NCBI GenBank assembly: GCA_002437665.1
Contig: DJQW01000001.1
Location: forward strand, 297,492-361,491
Length of the DNA: 64,000 bases
Direction of reading: 5' to 3'
Source of the DNA: Alphaproteobacteria bacterium UBA6376
GTDB taxonomy: Bacteria > Pseudomonadota > Alphaproteobacteria > Rs-D84
A model generated the notes under the pieces. The model ran no database searches, was not told the DNA's origin, and saw nothing but the letters and a program-made list of their open reading frames with translations. Each line of letters opens with the position of its first letter. The first letter of the stretch is position 1. Position numbers and translations under genes: made by a program. Positions 52,851 through 62,319 of the stretch are shown here, piece after piece.

Positions 52851-53906
52851 TTACCTGCACAAGTGTACCAGTAAATCGTCCAGAATTAAAATACCTTTTT
52901 CAGTGGCGCGAATGCGGTCACCACAATCGGTAACTAATTCTGGATGCGCGCGCACATATTCGGTGTCAATCATTTGCAGCACGTCGTCGGCCTTAGCCGC
53001 GCCACGCATGGTGCGCATGCCGGTTATGATTTTTTCGGTTGCGCGCGCCGCACGCGACAACGGGCGCATCTGAATGTCACCGCCGGTTTGTTCGTACCAC
53101 GTGCCATTGGTGTAGACGCGGCCCGCCGCGCCGCGCCCAATTCCAATGTATGGCGCGCCGTCCCACACGTTTTGATTGTGCCGGCATTCGTCGCCAGTGG
53201 CGGCATAGTTTGAAACCTCGTACCGCGGGATGGACAAATGTTCGCCGATGGCGGTGTACATGTCAGCCATCATATCGTTTGATGGCATATCCAGATTCAT
53301 ATGACCAAACACGGTGTCTGGTTCAATGGTCAGTTCGTACATCGACACGTGGCGCAGGCCAATCGCATTTATCGCATTGCACATTTTTATTACGGTGTCC
53401 GGCGTGTCGTGTGGTAATCCATAAATAAAGTCCGCATTCACGCGCAGTCCATATTGGTGCGCCGTGTCCAATAATTCCATCGCGTCACGCACACTGTGGC
53501 GTCGCCCCAGAAATTGCAACGTTTCGTCGTCCAATCCTTGCACGCCGACCGATAACCGATTGACGCCGGCATCCATAAATTCACGCAGACGCACCGCGTC
53601 CAGCGTTTTTGGATTGGATTCCAATGTGATCTCGGCCGACGGTGCGATATCAAAGTTTGCGCGCACCGCATCTATAATTTGGCTAAACGTCTTTGTGGGC
53701 ATCAGCGATGGTGTTCCGCCACCAAAAAACACGGTGGGAACGGAAATTCGTCCCATCTTTTGCGCCCAAAATTCAATTTCGCGCACGATGCCGACCGCAA
53801 ACGCGTCCCAGTCGGGCGCACTGCATGCGCGGGAAAAGAACGCACAATATTTGCACTTTGACATGCAAAACGGGGTGTGAATGTAAATATTGTGCGGATT
53901 ATTCAT
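52851..53906 (-). CDS. hemW: Radical SAM heme chaperone HemW (HemN-like)
   Basis: IYIHTPFCMSKCKYCAF CxxxCxxC motif. Start chosen at the ATG at 53906; 53915 is also possible. Confidence 0.85.
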   Translation of the reverse strand: MNNPHNIYIHTPFCMSKCKYCAFFSRACSAPDWDAFAVGIVREIEFWAQKMGRISVPTVFFGGGTPSLMPTKTFSQIIDAVRANFDIAPSAEITLESNPKTLDAVRLREFMDAGVNRLSVGVQGLDDETLQFLGRRHSVRDAMELLDTAHQYGLRVNADFIYGLPHDTPDTVIKMCNAINAIGLRHVSMYELTIEPDTVFGHMNLDMPSNDMMADMYTAIGEHLSIPRYEVSNYAATGDECRHNQNVWDGAPYIGIGRGAAGRVYTNGTWYEQTGGDIQMRPLSRAARATEKIITGMRTMRGAAKADDVLQMIDTEYVRAHPELVTDCGDRIRATEKGILILDDLLVHLCR

Positions 53907-54004
53907 GTCGTGCATTGTACCGCGCATCGCGCGTGGCGCAAGTGATAAATGAAAACTCTTTTTTGTATGCAAAAATTATGATATAATAACCCCAAGAAAA
54001 AGAA

Positions 54005-55477
54005 ATGAAGTCAGGAATTATACCATTTTTAGGTGGCGTTTTCGCGTCTGTTGCGGCATATGCCGCGACCGAGGGTGCGCCGTCATACTATCAGACCGCG
54101 TCTGCGCCCAACGCGAACCAGATTGGTTACAGCCAGTATCAATCCCAAGGGTACACGAAATATGTTGGTCAGTCGGGCAATAAACAAATTGTCGGCAGTC
54201 GTTCTTATTCATACCAAGTACCACGCCAGACCGCCGAAAAACCAAAGTATTCCGGCACAATCACCGCAAATGGTATCGCGATTGTGGACGAGCCGGCAAC
54301 GACACTGACGGCGAAATATACACGTCGTTTTGCGGACTTTGAATTTGAAACGGGCGTCAATTCCATATTGGAATGGGACGACATGGTGTTCAATGAAATC
54401 GGTGTCGCGGCCCAGCATAATTTCAGTTTGCGCAACTTTGACATGTTTGCGTTTGCGGAATATTCACATGGTTCGTTGTCACATGGCGGGCTGTCCATGG
54501 ACTATGACCTGAAACCATACGATGAATCCCGCCCGACCGAAGGGATATTTACCATTTCCGTGGGTGATCAATCGGGTCGCACGGATCATTTCCGTTTTGG
54601 TATTGGCGCGCATCATATTTGGGACATTGGCGGGTGGAAACTGTCGCCATCATTTGGTTATGAAATTTTCAAGCATAACTTGGAAATGTCCAATCACTAT
54701 TACCCGAACCCAGGGGTATATCTGCCCCTGATGACGGACAAGGGTGACTATGTCTATGGCGATGCCCAAGGGAACTATTATTCCCGCCCTCAGGATTTTG
54801 ATGCCCCCGACGATTGGTATCAGGTATGCATGTCGCCCGAAGATTTGAAGGTGGTCAGTGCCGCTGCCAGCAATATTGATTTGGGTACGTCATTTACAAC
54901 AATCGACTATGACGCGGCGTGGGGTGAAACCCCATGGGGCGTTGCAGCGGGCGAGTGTGTAATTATCGGTGGCGATGGCCCAATTTTGGTGTCGGGCACA
55001 ACGCATATCTATAACACAACATGGTCTGGATTCTATGTCGGACTCGAGGCGGAAAAGCAAATGACCCTGACGGACAAGTTGCGTTTTTATGTCCAGTTGG
55101 GTATGCCCAAATATTCGTCAGAGGGGATTTGGCCAAATCGTGACGATTGGCAACAGAACCCCAGTTTCTTGGACGAGGGGTCAAACGGCGCATATTCATA
55201 CACCGCCGAAATGGAATACAATATGAAATTGTCCGACCGTGTCCAGTTGGCATTAAAGGTTGATACAAATTGTTTCCACGTTGGCAAAATCGGTGGCGAA
55301 TTGTACGTTGCATCGTATTCCCAATTCTTGATTGAAAACGGTCAATATGTTCTGGACGATAACGGCAACCCGATTATTGAAACCGTTCCGGCGCATACTG
55401 AAAAAATCAGTGACCAGTTAAAGCACGCAACATGGCAATCATTTGGGTTGCATCTGGGTATTAAATACGCATTCTAA
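54005..55477 (+). CDS. Outer-membrane beta-barrel protein (unknown family)
   Basis: Signal peptide, alternating beta-strand pattern, and a C-terminal ...LHLGIKYAF aromatic terminus. Confidence 0.6.
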   Translation: MKSGIIPFLGGVFASVAAYAATEGAPSYYQTASAPNANQIGYSQYQSQGYTKYVGQSGNKQIVGSRSYSYQVPRQTAEKPKYSGTITANGIAIVDEPATTLTAKYTRRFADFEFETGVNSILEWDDMVFNEIGVAAQHNFSLRNFDMFAFAEYSHGSLSHGGLSMDYDLKPYDESRPTEGIFTISVGDQSGRTDHFRFGIGAHHIWDIGGWKLSPSFGYEIFKHNLEMSNHYYPNPGVYLPLMTDKGDYVYGDAQGNYYSRPQDFDAPDDWYQVCMSPEDLKVVSAAASNIDLGTSFTTIDYDAAWGETPWGVAAGECVIIGGDGPILVSGTTHIYNTTWSGFYVGLEAEKQMTLTDKLRFYVQLGMPKYSSEGIWPNRDDWQQNPSFLDEGSNGAYSYTAEMEYNMKLSDRVQLALKVDTNCFHVGKIGGELYVASYSQFLIENGQYVLDDNGNPIIETVPAHTEKISDQLKHATWQSFGLHLGIKYAF

Positions 55478-55491
55478 GGGGTATATGTCTG

Positions 55492-56730
55492 ATGACATGG
55501 GACAATCGTTTTGCATGCATCACGTGTGCGGCGTTGCTGTGCACCGCTGCGGCGCGCGCCGATGTTGCACCGACGTCGATTGCGCCTGCGCCCGCAGCCG
55601 CATCCGTGGTTGCCGCGTCGCCAGTTGTGGTTGCCGCGCCTGTGCCTGTCGCCACCACGGTTGCCACCCCCGCACCCACCACCCCCATTGTTATTGTTGA
55701 AACCGCGCCTGCGCCCGACACGCCACCAATCGCCGAACGTGGTGCGTTTGATATGGCCCGCTGGGAAAGTGTGCTGGACACGGTTCGTACGCGCGCGACG
55801 GCGGAAAAGATTTCCAAGAAAACCATAGATACCACACTGAAAAATCCGGCGTTTATTCCAAATATTGTAAAGCGCGACCAGAATCAGTCAGAGTTCAAAT
55901 TGACGCTGGACGGGTACTTGAACCGTACCGTCAATCCAACGCGTATCGCGTCTGGTCGCAAAATGGCGAATAAATACCCAACATTGTTAAAACGTGTGCA
56001 TGCGCGCTATGGCGTTCAACCACATGTAATTTTGGCATTCTGGGGTATGGAATCAAACTATGGCGCGCGTATGGCGGATCACCCCCTGCGTGATGCATTC
56101 GTTACATTGATATACGAGGGGCGTCGTCAAACATTCTTTACCAATCAACTGATTGCGTTGATGAAAATCGCCGATAAAAATGGCGATGATATCAGTGACT
56201 ATGGTGGCAGTTGGGCCGGCGCAATGGGACATTTCCAGTTTATACCGACAACACTGGCGGCATATGGCGTTGATGGCAATGGCGATGGCAAGATTGACAT
56301 CAGTGGCAGTATTGGTGACGCAATGATGTCCGCGGGCAATTACCTGAACCGATTGGGCTGGAATGAAAACGAACGCATTGTGCGTCGCGTTGTCTTGCCG
56401 GCGGACTTCGATGTGTCACTGTTGGACGGCAAAACGAAAAAGACATTATCCGAATGGATGGCATTGGGGGCAACGTTGCCCGATGGACGTGCGTTGCCGG
56501 TGACTGATATGATGGCGGGCATGGTTGCGGACACCGTCGCAATCAATGATGCGCGTATGAATGCGGCAATTGCGCCAACCGACCCAAATGCGGTTGATAC
56601 GGATGTTGCGCCAATGCCGGCAATAACCGCGTATTTGACATACCCGAATTTCTACCGTATCAAGAAATGGAACAATTCAAATTGGTACGCAATCGCGATT
56701 GCAGAATTGGCGGACGCACTGCATCAGTAA
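55492..56730 (+). CDS. Lytic murein transglycosylase (MltB-like) with Ala/Pro-rich N-terminal linker
   Basis: FWGMESNYG (catalytic Glu), GHFQFIP and YNNSNWY-type motifs. Confidence 0.82.
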   Translation: MTWDNRFACITCAALLCTAAARADVAPTSIAPAPAAASVVAASPVVVAAPVPVATTVATPAPTTPIVIVETAPAPDTPPIAERGAFDMARWESVLDTVRTRATAEKISKKTIDTTLKNPAFIPNIVKRDQNQSEFKLTLDGYLNRTVNPTRIASGRKMANKYPTLLKRVHARYGVQPHVILAFWGMESNYGARMADHPLRDAFVTLIYEGRRQTFFTNQLIALMKIADKNGDDISDYGGSWAGAMGHFQFIPTTLAAYGVDGNGDGKIDISGSIGDAMMSAGNYLNRLGWNENERIVRRVVLPADFDVSLLDGKTKKTLSEWMALGATLPDGRALPVTDMMAGMVADTVAINDARMNAAIAPTDPNAVDTDVAPMPAITAYLTYPNFYRIKKWNNSNWYAIAIAELADALHQ

Positions 56731-56813
56731 ATTCGTTAAAAATAAAAATAATTGCTAATATATACGTTCTTTGATAATCTTCCTGTTATAGATTGATATA
56801 AAAGGATTGATTT

Positions 56814-57788
56814 ATGACTATCAAGGTGCGTGATTATGAAGTCCGTTTGACTCGTAACAAAGAAGAACGCAAACAGGTTCGCCAACTGCGCTATGCCGCA
56901 TTTGTAGAGGAAGAGGGCGCATCCGCCACCGAAGAACAGCACGCCTTGCGCGAAGAATATGATTCTTTCGACCGTTTTGCTGATTACATGGCGGTTTTTC
57001 ATAATGGACGCGTTGTTGGTACATACCGCATTATTGACCGCGCCGCGGCTGAAAAAATGGGCGGTTTTTATACCGAGAGCGAATATAATATTTCCAAGAT
57101 TAAAAAGGTCAATGGCAACATTGCCGAAATGTCACGTGCATGCGTTGACAAGGAATATCGTGAAAATGCGCTGGTTATGCGTATGCTGTGGGCGGGTCTG
57201 TCCGAATACGTTTTCCGTCGCAAGATTTTGGTCTTGTTCGGTGTTGCGTCGTGGGTTGGCAATAAACCGGTAAAATCCGCACAGGCAATATCATATTTGT
57301 ACTATCACCACCTGTCGCCATCAAAATTGCGCGCGACGGTTCTGACTGAAAAGATAGACCCCAGTATTGACCCTGCAATGACCCAGATGCGCATTTTGCC
57401 ACGCGCGTTTGTCGATGATGCCGACGCACGCGCCGAAATGACACCGTTGATAAAGGGCTATCTGCGTTTGGGTGCGACATTTGGCAAGGGGGTGTTTATC
57501 GATAAAACATTTAACTCTTATGACGTGTTCGTTATGTTGCAGACCAAAGATATAGATCGCACGTATCAGAAACATTTCTTGGGGCGCGAAGACGCACTGG
57601 ACGGTTTCGCCGTCAAAGATGGCGCAATGAAAACACTGGGCAAAATTATGCTGTTGCCGGTGACCGCACCACTGAAAGTTATCGGTGCATTCGTGGAATT
57701 TTTATTACGCGAAGATGCGGCGGACGTCGAATTTATCGAAGATAACGACAAAGAAACCCAAAAGGACGACGAAGATGGCGCGCAGTAA
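56814..57788 (+). CDS. olsB: GNAT-family ornithine/lyso-ornithine lipid N-acyltransferase (OlsB-like)
   Basis: Hemolysin-like GNAT pattern (VRQLRYAAFVEEEGA...AEMSRACVDKEYR). Followed by an acyltransferase gene. Confidence 0.7.
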   Translation: MTIKVRDYEVRLTRNKEERKQVRQLRYAAFVEEEGASATEEQHALREEYDSFDRFADYMAVFHNGRVVGTYRIIDRAAAEKMGGFYTESEYNISKIKKVNGNIAEMSRACVDKEYRENALVMRMLWAGLSEYVFRRKILVLFGVASWVGNKPVKSAQAISYLYYHHLSPSKLRATVLTEKIDPSIDPAMTQMRILPRAFVDDADARAEMTPLIKGYLRLGATFGKGVFIDKTFNSYDVFVMLQTKDIDRTYQKHFLGREDALDGFAVKDGAMKTLGKIMLLPVTAPLKVIGAFVEFLLREDAADVEFIEDNDKETQKDDEDGAQ

Positions 57789-58620
57789 ATCACAGCGCAT
57801 CGCGCACCCGAACATTTTCCAAATCGCATTTGGGACGTTGAAATTTATCGCGTTCTGGATTGGTGTCGTAATCCAAGTGCCGATTGTATTTTTATTGCCA
57901 CGTGGTCGCGTATCGGTTTGGTACATGCGTGTGTTTATGAAAATATTGCTGTTATTGGCGGGCATCCGCGTACGCACCCACGGCACATTGTCGACGCATC
58001 GCCCATTATTGGTGGTCTGCAATCATTTGTCGTTGTTTGAAATCGCAACATTCCCTGTTGCATTCGGGGGCAGTTTTGTTGCCAAGGCGGACGTTCGCCG
58101 TTGGCCATTGGTTGGTTGGATGTCTGAAAAATTTGGCGTCGTCTTTGTTGACCGTCGCCCATCGCATGCGTTAGAGGCCCTGCGCACCGTCCAAGAACGT
58201 GTAAAGCATGTCGATTACCCAATGTTCTTGTTTCCAGAGGGGACAACCACCAACGGTGCATATGTAAAGCCATTCAAAAGTACGTTGTTTAATTTTGTTG
58301 AAAATTCTGACGTTGCGGTGCAACCTATGGTGGTAAATTATCGCTTTCGTGATGGTACGCCGATTTCAGATGATGATTTGGCAAACCACTATGCGTATTT
58401 TGATAATAAAAAGATTGATATGGGCCCACGCGCCGCGCGCGAACGCAGTGCATTTATGCAGGTGTTTCATATCATGATTATTGGCGGTTTCCGTGTGGAA
58501 ATTACCGTGATGCCGACATTGGCGACCGCGGGATTGGATCGCAAGCAAATCGCAGAACAACTGCAAAAGACAGTTGCGACCAAGTACATGGAATTAAAAG
58601 ACAAGAAGACAGAAAAATGA
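57775..58620 (+). CDS. olsA: Lysophospholipid/1-acyl-glycerol-3-phosphate-type acyltransferase (OlsA-like)
   Basis: CNHLSLFE (HxxxxD-family variant) and FPEGTTTNG motifs. 14-nt overlap with olsB. Confidence 0.7.
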   Translation: MARSKSQRIAHPNIFQIAFGTLKFIAFWIGVVIQVPIVFLLPRGRVSVWYMRVFMKILLLLAGIRVRTHGTLSTHRPLLVVCNHLSLFEIATFPVAFGGSFVAKADVRRWPLVGWMSEKFGVVFVDRRPSHALEALRTVQERVKHVDYPMFLFPEGTTTNGAYVKPFKSTLFNFVENSDVAVQPMVVNYRFRDGTPISDDDLANHYAYFDNKKIDMGPRAARERSAFMQVFHIMIIGGFRVEITVMPTLATAGLDRKQIAEQLQKTVATKYMELKDKKTEK

Positions 58621-59894
58621 AAATTGAAAATTTATGTGTAAAACGTTTGTACGGTGATGTCGCCGGTGCAACAACCGCGGGCCACAAAATGGCGGTCAAG
58701 GCGGGCTATATTTACCAGACATTCCAAGGGGGGTATACATTGACCCCATTGGGCTGGCGCGTGGTGCGTAATATCGAAAAAATCATCCGCGAAGAAATGG
58801 ATGCCGTCGATGGTCAGGAAATCTTGATGCCGGTGGTCAGTGGTGCGGAAATCTGGCGTGAATCCGGTCGTTATGATACGGTTGACGTCCTTGCAAAATT
58901 CAAGGGCCGTGGTGGCGCAGAATATGTTTTGAATCCCACGCATGAAGAGGTTGTAACCGACTTCGTCAAATCTGTTTTGACAACATATCGCCAGTTGCCA
59001 TTTATGGTGTACCAGATTCAGACGAAATTCCGTGATGAATTGCGCGTGCGCGCGGGTTTGATTCGTACCCGTGAATTTATTATGAAAGATGCGTATTCTT
59101 TCCACACATCACAATCGGATTTGGAAAAATATTACTATCGCGTTTTGGATGCATACAAACGCGTGTTTGCACGTTGCGGCCTGCGTAACGTTGTGGACGT
59201 GTTGTCGTCAACCGGTGACATGGGGGGCAGCATCGCACACGAATTTCAGCTGATAAATGAAATGGGCGAAGATACCATTTACCTGTGCGATTGCGGTTTC
59301 CGTGCAAACAAAGAAATGGTGACCGAGGGGAACGAGGTCTGCCCAAAATGTGGCGCACCAATGCACAAGGTTCGCGGTATTGAAATCGGTAATATTTTCC
59401 AGTTGGGAACAAAATATTCCGCATCTATGCACCTGACATATACCGCCGCCGACGGCACAGAACAGAATCCAATTATGGGTTGCTATGGTATCGGTGTTGG
59501 CCGCACCATGGCCGCCATTTTGGAAGAGAGCGCGGATGAATACGGGCCACGTTGGAATATGGCAACCGCCCCGTTCGCGGTTCAGGTTATTGCCCTGACG
59601 GACAAAGAAGGCAAAACAAATGCAACCGCCGAAAAAATCTATAATGATTTGCGCGCAGCGGGCATTGAAACCTTGTTGGATACGCGTGATGCGCGCGCCG
59701 GCGAAAAATTCGCAGATGCCGACCTGATTGCTGCACCAATTCGTTTGGTCATTTCAACCAAGAATTTGGCCAATAATGTGGCAGAGGTTAAATATCGTGT
59801 CAACGATATGGACACATCAGGTATGCCAACGTTATTTGCGCTGGACACGGTTGTTGCCGACACGCAAAACGCAATAAAGCAATTATCAAAATAA
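58617..59894 (+). CDS. proS: Proline--tRNA ligase (short form without insertion editing domain)
   Basis: Class II motifs (FRDELRVRAGLIRTREFIMKDAYSF; GIEIGNIFQLGTKYS) and a C-terminal anticodon-binding domain. Confidence 0.9.
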   Translation: MKIENLCVKRLYGDVAGATTAGHKMAVKAGYIYQTFQGGYTLTPLGWRVVRNIEKIIREEMDAVDGQEILMPVVSGAEIWRESGRYDTVDVLAKFKGRGGAEYVLNPTHEEVVTDFVKSVLTTYRQLPFMVYQIQTKFRDELRVRAGLIRTREFIMKDAYSFHTSQSDLEKYYYRVLDAYKRVFARCGLRNVVDVLSSTGDMGGSIAHEFQLINEMGEDTIYLCDCGFRANKEMVTEGNEVCPKCGAPMHKVRGIEIGNIFQLGTKYSASMHLTYTAADGTEQNPIMGCYGIGVGRTMAAILEESADEYGPRWNMATAPFAVQVIALTDKEGKTNATAEKIYNDLRAAGIETLLDTRDARAGEKFADADLIAAPIRLVISTKNLANNVAEVKYRVNDMDTSGMPTLFALDTVVADTQNAIKQLSK

Positions 59895-59915
59895 CAAACG
59901 GGGCATCGCCCCGTT

Positions 59916-60524
59916 TGTTATTAGTGATAGAGTGAGTAAGTGATACAGTGATATAGTTTAAGAATATAAAACTTAAAAAACGTGTCGCCTGCGGACTGCG
60001 TCCTTGCCGCATCCTGCGCTTCGCTTGGATTCATTCCGTGGCTTGTCCGGGCCCCGCAAAATTGATAAATTTTGTGGGTGGTGTGTCCACCGGAATCTAG
60101 GTAAATAGAGTTGCGCCATCGGCGCACTTTATTATTTTTACTGGATTGCCACGCGTCGCTACGCTTGCTCGCAATGAAACCGAGCGGTACGCGAAGGTTG
60201 CGGCAAGGACGCTAGTCCGCAGGCGACACACCAGCTAGCACCCTTGTCATTGCGAACGTAGTGAAGCAATCCAGTAAATAATGTTGCGCGCAGCGCACAT
60301 AATAGTGCGAGCACCGCGAGCCAAATAAAAGACCACCTCCCCGCTACGCGGTACTCCTCCACAGGAGGAGAACTTGCTACGTTCTTGTTGCAGACCAAGT
60401 TCCCCTCCATCGGGCCCCGCAAAATTGATAAATTTTGTGGGTGGTGTCCACCGGAATCTAGGTAAATAAAGTTGCGCCATCGGCGCACAAAATTTGAACT
60501 TTGCACTTTGGTATTTGAACTTTG
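59916..60524. repeat. Mosaic intergenic repeat cluster, site D (largest)
   Basis: 257-nt composite shared with site B. About 55-bp inverted arms at 59981..60034 and 60174..60231. Second copy of the ccccgcaaaattgataaattttgtggg...gcgccatcggcgc block at 60413..60487. Heptad module at 60493..60524. Confidence 0.92.
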
Positions 60525-60550
60525 AAAAACCGCCCCAACGGGGCGGTTTT
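60522..60550. terminator. Terminator of the PLD-like gene (ccgcccc-aac-ggggcgg)
   Basis: GC hairpin flanked by an A-run and a T-run. Confidence 0.7.
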
Positions 60551-62139
60551 TATACAAACTTTTCTGGAATCAGACGTAACATAATTTTCCACCCGCGGCG
60601 GAATATACTGGTGTCTGGGTTGTGGTGATATTCGCGCGGTGTCTTGTCTGTTGCGCGCGCCCCCGACCATACCGGATTATTATGCGCGTCCAATGTTACG
60701 TGCCACGATGTCTTGGTATCATCCAGAATCATCTGGCGCAACTTGGTCGCAAATTCGCGGCTTTCAAAAATCGCAACGTTCTCAGTATTGAAATACGCAC
60801 TGCGCGGATCCAAATTAAAACTGCCAATCCAAGAAATTCGGTCGTCAAACACCATTGTCTTGCTGTGCAGAACCGAGAAATTAGAATGCTTGCGCTCGCG
60901 GTCATTGTATTTTGCGCGCAGGTTTTCGGCCGACAGCATAAATTCATACACGTCCGCGCCCGATTGAATCAGTTTCTTGCGATACTTTTCCCATTTTGCA
61001 TACACGGTTGGCGCGTTTGTTGATGCCAGCGAATTTGTCACAATCGTCATGTGGACGCCCGATTTTTCTTCGCGCATCATGTGTTCCAATCCGCCCTGAC
61101 CGGGGACAAAATACGCCGCCGAAATATAGACCGATGTGTCTGTTTCGTCCCACAGGTGTTGCAGCGCGCGCACAATTTCGCCGCGATATTCCTGTTTTTC
61201 GTCCATGGTCATTTCAACCTTGGACGGTGGGTCGGCCAAGAATTTACCGTGCCCCCAACTGAAATCGAAATTCTTTTGCTTGTACTTGCGCATCGCCATT
61301 TGAATCACGGTGTTGTACATGCGGGCATCGGCGGCACTGCGTTCCTGAATATCAATAAACTTTTGTTCCAGTTTTCGCATCGCCTTTTTTGACTTTGCCT
61401 TTGGGAATACGTCGGCGGGTATTGCCAAGTGGTGATTCCAGTACTTGTCAAAACTGGCGGTGGCATATCGTGTCATATCGCCCAAGAACAGAACGTCGGT
61501 ATCTGAAAAGTTTGCCGATGTTTCCGGATAGAAATAGTTACTGCCCACATTGCGGCCGCCGGTAATATACGCAACGTTGTCCACAATAAACAGTTTATTG
61601 TGCATGCGCGAATTTAACCGGTTAAAGTCCATCAAGAACTGTGGGTAATACAATAATTTTGAACGGTTGGCAACGGTGTTAAAAACCTTGACCTCTATAT
61701 TCGGGTGCTGGTTCAACAACATCACGTCCACAATATCAGAATCCGTACCATAGTCGTCAACCAGAATGCGAATCTTGACCCCACGGTCGGCGGCGTTTTT
61801 CAGTTCGCCAATCAAAACCTTGGACGAAAAATCGTTGCTGTAAATATATGTTTGCAAATCGATTGTCTTGGTTGCCATGCGTGCAAATGCCGCGCGAATA
61901 ACAAACGCGGACAGACCGTCGTCAATCAACGTTGCGCCCGAAATTTCGTCGCCCGCCGCCAATTCGTCGGCATAGCATTGCGCGATTGGTGTCTGCATCG
62001 GGTCATAGTCAAAGTCAGCAGTTGTGATTTTAGGTACGTAATTGTCCAAGCGTTTGTCCGCGGTTGTTGTTGGCACGGTTGTGCACCCCAACAACGGCAG
62101 GGTAATTAAAAACATAAAACCTTTCTTGAACACGGACAA
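60550..62139 (-). CDS. Phospholipase D / cardiolipin-synthase-family lipoprotein (two HKD motifs)
   Basis: Lipobox LPLLGC. HKD motifs MHNKLFIVDNVAYITGGRN and LHSKTMVFDDRISWIGSFN. Confidence 0.82.
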   Translation of the reverse strand: MSVFKKGFMFLITLPLLGCTTVPTTTADKRLDNYVPKITTADFDYDPMQTPIAQCYADELAAGDEISGATLIDDGLSAFVIRAAFARMATKTIDLQTYIYSNDFSSKVLIGELKNAADRGVKIRILVDDYGTDSDIVDVMLLNQHPNIEVKVFNTVANRSKLLYYPQFLMDFNRLNSRMHNKLFIVDNVAYITGGRNVGSNYFYPETSANFSDTDVLFLGDMTRYATASFDKYWNHHLAIPADVFPKAKSKKAMRKLEQKFIDIQERSAADARMYNTVIQMAMRKYKQKNFDFSWGHGKFLADPPSKVEMTMDEKQEYRGEIVRALQHLWDETDTSVYISAAYFVPGQGGLEHMMREEKSGVHMTIVTNSLASTNAPTVYAKWEKYRKKLIQSGADVYEFMLSAENLRAKYNDRERKHSNFSVLHSKTMVFDDRISWIGSFNLDPRSAYFNTENVAIFESREFATKLRQMILDDTKTSWHVTLDAHNNPVWSGARATDKTPREYHHNPDTSIFRRGWKIMLRLIPEKFV

Positions 62140-62319
62140 ATTTTAACCTTTGGCGTGGATTATAGTACAATAAAAGCAAACAAGACAAGGAATTTCATTA
62201 AAAAAGATAATAATCTTTGCTATAAAAATATTTGGAATGTGTACGAAAATTCGTTTTTTTGTTTGCGCGATTGTCCCTATTATGATAAAATCTTGGTAAT
62301 TAGGAAGGAATTTTTCGCT

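Noticed and set aside
55461-55835. ORFs 55461..55835 (-) and 55511..55828 (+) rich in Ala, Pro and Arg.
   Set aside because: They are alternative frames of the Ala/Pro-rich linker of the lytic transglycosylase gene, which has clear catalytic motifs downstream.
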